A stretch of DNA of 43,691 nucleotides, taken from Elusimicrobiota bacterium. GTDB taxonomy: Bacteria > Elusimicrobiota > Elusimicrobia > UBA1565. This document shows positions 39,246-43,691 of the stretch, one piece after another. The position numbers and the translations under genes are program-made. The stretch spans positions 1 through 43,691 of the forward strand of contig JBDREN010000015.1 of assembly GCA_043819795.1 (NCBI GenBank), read 5' to 3'. Under the pieces are notes generated by a model, which saw nothing but the letters and a program-made list of their open reading frames with translations, was not told where the DNA came from and did not search any database. Positions within the stretch are counted from its first letter, which is position 1. Each line of letters begins with the position of its first letter.

Positions 39246-42200
39246 ATGACACGGTGCATGAGAGCCTTCTTGCGGACAGCCTGCGTATTCGCGGCGGCCG
39301 CCTTCATTCTCGAGGGAACGCGTGTCCACGCGGCGGACGTGCCGTCCGCCATGAACTTCCAAGGCCGGCTGCTCTCAGAAGGGCAGCCGGTCACGGGGAC
39401 GCGGGACATGACCTTCCGCATCTACGGGACCTCGTCGGGCTCGGACGTTCTCTGGACCGAGACCCAGACCGGGATCTCCGTGGACGCGGGGGTGTTCTCT
39501 GTCCAGCTGGGCGCCGTGGGACCGCTGCCCTCCACGATCTTCGCGGGAGACCTCTATCTGGAGATCGAGGTGGGCGCAAAGACCTTCTCCCCCCGCGAGC
39601 GCCTCGTCACCAGCCCCTACGCCTTCAACGCCCAGCGGCTCCAGGGCAAGGACCTGAGCGACTTCGTCATAGCGGACTCCCTGGGCAACGTCGGCATCGG
39701 GACGTCGAGCCCGGACAGCAAGCTGTCGGTGGACGTCGCGGGAGACAACATCGGCTACGGCTGGAAGGTCGGCGCCGATACGTACGCGGGCGCGTCCATC
39801 TGGTCCAGCAACTCGCCCAACCGGCGACTACATTTCTCGGCCTACGACGGCTTCGATTTCGGCGTCGGCGCCAACAACCAAGGAGAGGCCGCATCCGCGG
39901 TCAGGATAGGCGCTCAAGGCTACGTCGGCATCGGGACGACGAGCCCGGCCTACGATCTCGACGTGGCCGGCTCCGTCAACGCCTCGGGGTACTGGGTTAA
40001 CGGACAGCCGCTCGGCGGCGGCGGGAGCCTCTGGACCGAAAGCGGCTCGAACGTCTACCGGGACAGCGGCAACGTCGGCGTCGGCACGACGTCTCCCACG
40101 CAGAAGCTCCACGTCATGGGCAACATCACTTTGGGCACGGCGGGGGGCACAGCCCAGTACTGGGTAGGCACGGAGGGCTACAACCACACTTTCGGCGGCA
40201 ACTCGGGCGCCATCGGAATGATGCTCAATCAGGCCAGCGGAAGCGGCGACATCCGCTTCATGACCCACCACAACGGCGTCAGCAACAGCGTGCGGATGGT
40301 CATCGACATCGACGGCAAGGTCGGCATCGGGACGACGAGCCCGTCGGAAGCGCTGCACGTGGCCGGGACGGTCAAGGCCAGCGCCTTCGACCTGAACGGC
40401 ACCCCGATCACCTCCTGGCCCTCCGGCGGCAGCAGCCCCTGGTCGGAGGGCAGCGGCAACGTCTACCGGACCGGCGGCAGGCTCGGTCTCGGGACGGCAA
40501 GCCCTTCGTCGGACATACACATCCTCAGGACCAATACGAGCATCAACGTCAGCCTGGCCGCGGACACCGGCAACGCGGGACAGGGCTCGTTCATCAGGTT
40601 CGGGGCGGGCGGGACGAACACTTATAAGGGAAAGATAGGGCAGGTACGAGAAGGCAGCTACGGCATCGGAAGGCTCGCCTTCTTCACCTCCCCGGACAGC
40701 TCGGGATCCGAGGACAACACGATCGAGCGAATGTCCATCAAGAGCAACGGCAACGTGGGCATCGGGACGACGTCCCCCCAATATCTGTTGGAGATCAACG
40801 CCGCCAAACCCCAGGCGGAGAGCGCCCTCAAAATCACCTCCGGCCACAGCGCCACCGGGAGCGTGCTGACCATCAAGTCCAACGGGGGCTCCACGAACGT
40901 CATGGACATCCTGGGAAGCGGCAACGTCGGTCTGGGAACGACGGACCCGTCCTCCAAGCTGGACGTGGCCGGCACGGTCAAGGCCACCGCGTTCGACCTT
41001 AACGGCAGCGAGATCACCTCCTGGCCCTCAGGCGGCGGAGGCGGCCTCTGGACCGCCAGCGGCTCCAATATCTATCGGACAGGCGGCAGCGTGGGCATCG
41101 GGACCGCGTCCCCCCAGTATCTCCTGGAGATCAACGCCGCCAAACCCGACACCGAGAGCGCCCTAAAGCTCACCTCCGGCCATAGCGCCACCGGCAGCGT
41201 CATGTCCATCAAGTCCGCGGGCGGCTCCACGAACGTCATGGAAATACTGGGAAGCGGCAACGTCGGCATCGGCACGACGAACCCAACGGAGAAGCTGCAC
41301 ATACAAGGCGACATAGCGAAGATCGCGGTCCAGTCGACTCATGGCACGGGAAGCGCCGCCATCAGCGCGATCGAATTCTACGACAGCGCGGGCACGCTGA
41401 AGGCATGGCTGGGGGACGGTTCCGACACCAACGAGGACCTCTACATTCGCTCCTACTCGGGAGCGATCCACTTCGGAGACGGAGCCGGCTGGAGCGGATT
41501 GAACTTGACCAACGGCAACGCCGGCATCGGAACGACGAGCCCCACCGAGAAGCTCGATGTGGTAGGGACGGTCAAGGCCACGGCCTTCGTGGGCGACGGC
41601 TCGGGCCTGACCGGGGTCGCCGGCGGCAGCCCCTGGACCGAGAACAGCGGCAACGTTTATCGGACGAGCGGCGGGGTCGGCATCGGGACGTCGAGCCCGG
41701 ACGCCGCCTTGTCGGTGGTCGCGGGAGGCGGGACCTCCGCGAACCCCGTCCTCACGGTCAAGGGGACGTCGGGGTCGGGGTATATCTCCATCACCGGGAA
41801 CGGGGCCGGCACGGCCGCGGCGCTCCTGAGCGCCGCGCACGGACAGTCGTGGCGCTGGGGGCTCGGAGCGCAGAACGGGACGAGCCACATGGAGTTCTAC
41901 GACGCGACCCAGGGCAAGATGCGGATGCTCCTGCGCAACGACGGCAACGTCGGCATCGGCACCGAGTCGCCCGAGGCGAGGCTTGAAGTCTACAGCGACG
42001 CGGCCGCCAGCGCGACCGGGCAGGAGGTCCTGCGCGTGTCGGCCGAGAACGACGGCGGCATCGCCGGGAGCGGGCCGTACCTGACCTTCGACAACGGCGT
42101 CGGCGACATCCTGACCGGGAAGATCGGCAACATCTCGGAGGGCTCCGGCAAGGTGGCCCTGTCGTTCCACACCTACGACAACGGCCTCTCCGAAACCATG

Positions 42201-43298
42201 CGGATCAACGCCGCCGGCAACGTCGGCATCGGGACGGCCAGCCCCTCGCAGAAGCTGGACGTGGCCGGGCAGATCCGCGCCTCGGGCGATATCTGCACAG
42301 ACGCCGGCGGGGGGCTCTGCTTGAGCAGCGCCGGCGGCTCCAGCCCGTGGACAGAAGGCTCGGGGCTTGTCTACTACAACGGCGGCAATGTAGGCATCGG
42401 GATCGCGAGCCCCGGCAGGCTGGTCCATATCGACAAGTACCCATCGGGGACCACGATCGGAGACGGCGAGATCCTGCGCGTCGCCGCCGGAGGCCAGAAC
42501 AACGACGTGGCGGAGATCGGCTTCTCCAACGCGACGAGGGGCTCGGCATATATGTCGCCCGCGCTCATCGGCTACCGCACCATCAGCAACGCGAGCTCCC
42601 AGAAAGGCGAGCTCTATTTCGCCACCAGGGACGTAACGACGGAGACCACCCCTCTGCAGAGGATGGTCATCACGACCGATGGAAAGGTCGGCATCGGGAC
42701 GACGGATCCCTTGGCTATGCTGAACGTATACAGTGCCGCCGCCAATACTCCTATCTTGAGATTGCAGACCCCGGGCTTGATGGTCCTAAAGATCATCCCA
42801 GTAGACACGGCGACCGGCGGGCAACTGCTGCATCAGTTCAAGATGTCATCGAGCGAGGGATTGCATTTCATCACAAACGAAACGAAGAGCACTCTCGCGA
42901 TGAACGACGGCAACGTCGGCATAGGGACCATAACGCCGGCGTACAAGCTGGACGTGGCCGGCTCGGCGCACGCCTCGAGCTTCCCCACCTCCTCGGACCG
43001 GAGGTTCAAGACGAACGTCCAGCCCCTCGAGAACGTGCTGGATAAGGTGAAGCGGATGCAGGGCGTCTCCTTCGAATGGAACGAGACCTACGAGAAGCTG
43101 GGCCGGTCCACCGGCCGCCGGGAGATCGGCGTGATCGCGCAGGATGTGGAGGATATCTTCCCGCAGCTGGTCTCCAAATGGGGAGAGGGCGAGTACCGCG
43201 CAGTGGACTACGGCAGGCTCGCCGTGGTCCTCATCGAGGCCATCAAGGAGCAGCAGAAGCAGATCGAGGAGCTCAAAGCCAGGCTGACGCCGCAGTAA
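39246..43298 (+). CDS. Secreted tail-fibre-like trimeric protein with 16 GxVGIGT repeats and C-terminal Peptidase S74 intramolecular chaperone (1,350 aa)
   Basis: Signal peptide ending VHA-A, then N-terminal domain VPSAMNFQGRL...G...MTFRIY...LW.E...GVFSV.LG...YLEIEV......PR..L...PYA. Repeated G(N/K/S)VGIGT..P motifs; C-terminal SDRRFKTN...IGVIAQDVE..FP.LV...VDY..L...LIEAIKEQQKQIEELK. Confidence 0.93.
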   Translation: MTRCMRAFLRTACVFAAAAFILEGTRVHAADVPSAMNFQGRLLSEGQPVTGTRDMTFRIYGTSSGSDVLWTETQTGISVDAGVFSVQLGAVGPLPSTIFAGDLYLEIEVGAKTFSPRERLVTSPYAFNAQRLQGKDLSDFVIADSLGNVGIGTSSPDSKLSVDVAGDNIGYGWKVGADTYAGASIWSSNSPNRRLHFSAYDGFDFGVGANNQGEAASAVRIGAQGYVGIGTTSPAYDLDVAGSVNASGYWVNGQPLGGGGSLWTESGSNVYRDSGNVGVGTTSPTQKLHVMGNITLGTAGGTAQYWVGTEGYNHTFGGNSGAIGMMLNQASGSGDIRFMTHHNGVSNSVRMVIDIDGKVGIGTTSPSEALHVAGTVKASAFDLNGTPITSWPSGGSSPWSEGSGNVYRTGGRLGLGTASPSSDIHILRTNTSINVSLAADTGNAGQGSFIRFGAGGTNTYKGKIGQVREGSYGIGRLAFFTSPDSSGSEDNTIERMSIKSNGNVGIGTTSPQYLLEINAAKPQAESALKITSGHSATGSVLTIKSNGGSTNVMDILGSGNVGLGTTDPSSKLDVAGTVKATAFDLNGSEITSWPSGGGGGLWTASGSNIYRTGGSVGIGTASPQYLLEINAAKPDTESALKLTSGHSATGSVMSIKSAGGSTNVMEILGSGNVGIGTTNPTEKLHIQGDIAKIAVQSTHGTGSAAISAIEFYDSAGTLKAWLGDGSDTNEDLYIRSYSGAIHFGDGAGWSGLNLTNGNAGIGTTSPTEKLDVVGTVKATAFVGDGSGLTGVAGGSPWTENSGNVYRTSGGVGIGTSSPDAALSVVAGGGTSANPVLTVKGTSGSGYISITGNGAGTAAALLSAAHGQSWRWGLGAQNGTSHMEFYDATQGKMRMLLRNDGNVGIGTESPEARLEVYSDAAASATGQEVLRVSAENDGGIAGSGPYLTFDNGVGDILTGKIGNISEGSGKVALSFHTYDNGLSETMRINAAGNVGIGTASPSQKLDVAGQIRASGDICTDAGGGLCLSSAGGSSPWTEGSGLVYYNGGNVGIGIASPGRLVHIDKYPSGTTIGDGEILRVAAGGQNNDVAEIGFSNATRGSAYMSPALIGYRTISNASSQKGELYFATRDVTTETTPLQRMVITTDGKVGIGTTDPLAMLNVYSAAANTPILRLQTPGLMVLKIIPVDTATGGQLLHQFKMSSSEGLHFITNETKSTLAMNDGNVGIGTITPAYKLDVAGSAHASSFPTSSDRRFKTNVQPLENVLDKVKRMQGVSFEWNETYEKLGRSTGRREIGVIAQDVEDIFPQLVSKWGEGEYRAVDYGRLAVVLIEAIKEQQKQIEELKARLTPQ
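42993..43298 (+). other. Peptidase S74 (endosialidase chaperone) domain with an intact S-D-x-R-x-K autocleavage motif and terminal coiled coil
   Basis: Ser codon tcg 42993-42995 (residue 1250) begins SDRRFK; the domain ends in the heptad stretch LIEAIKEQQKQIEELKARL. Confidence 0.9.
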
Positions 43299-43691
43299 CC
43301 TCCGCAGCCTCCACCGTCCGGAGAAGTCCGGGGCATCCGGCATCCACAAGGCCGGCAAGTTCGCCGTGGTACGTTGAAGCCCGGCTCTCATCCTTCCCGA
43401 ATATCCCGCGGCATTTGAACCGCCATTGAGAGAATCAGGAGCGTTCCCGTCATCTATTGACCGATGAGACCGGTATCGCGCCTGACCTGACTCTCCCGGC
43501 CCGGCAACTACTGACTATTTTCCTGACTTCCGCAGAGCCCGCCGGAACGAGGGCGCCGTCCCGCTCCGTGGGCAAATTCTCTAGCGTAGCCCCAATGGCG
43601 AGGAAAACATTGTAGTTTTTCTTTCCTCCTTATTTCTGCTCTGTGTCGTTGCCTCGCATTCCTCTCGTCTTGGTCAGGTTCAGGCTCCGAC

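Noticed and set aside
39246..43298. Prophage tail-fibre gene
   Set aside because: It has a signal peptide, host-like codon usage and no neighbouring phage structural genes or integrase.
43299..43691. Possible gene or small ORF in the terminal region, including a minus-strand TAAGGAGG (43625-43632) before a 9-codon ORF (43581..43610)
   Set aside because: The SD-ATG spacing of 14 nt is too long and the ORF is tiny. The sequence may be the end of a convergent gene outside the window, but this cannot be supported from the available bases.

Overview
GC-rich bacterial window almost fully occupied by four co-oriented (+ strand) genes for predicted exported proteins; the gene style (FPNP...GKFAVVR C-terminal domain, GxVGIGT fibre protein) suggests Elusimicrobiota or a similar lineage, which is only an inference. 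Gene 1 (<2..30040) is open from base 2, so it is 5'-truncated and longer than 10,012 aa. It contains 12 LamG/ConA-like domains, 2 Myxococcus-type Cys-rich repeats, 15 discoidin/galactose-binding-like modules each spliced into a thrombospondin type-3 calcium-binding repeat, Ig/Big_2/FN3 stalks, a carboxypeptidase-regulatory-like core, a Gly-rich linker and a unique Cys-rich tip with an H...DPW motif. Gene 2 (30052..30981) is an exported tandem rhodanese with a CWGVGC site in the first domain. Gene 3 (30974..39106) is a 2,710-aa FN3/Ig/PKD protein ending in a T9SS/FlgD-like sorting domain. Gene 4 (39246..43298) is a signal-peptide-bearing tail-fibre-like protein with 16 GxVGIGT repeats and a Peptidase S74 chaperone. 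The most notable signals are systematic nesting of lectin-like domains inside loops of scaffold domains, paired look-alike binding modules whose history disagrees with that of their linkers, a possible enzyme/toxin-like tip, and a low-GC cassette in the fibre protein. Together they suggest a modular surface recognition or adhesion apparatus. Domain names come from motif recognition by eye and internal domain boundaries are approximate. No RNA genes, CRISPR arrays or mobile elements were recognised.
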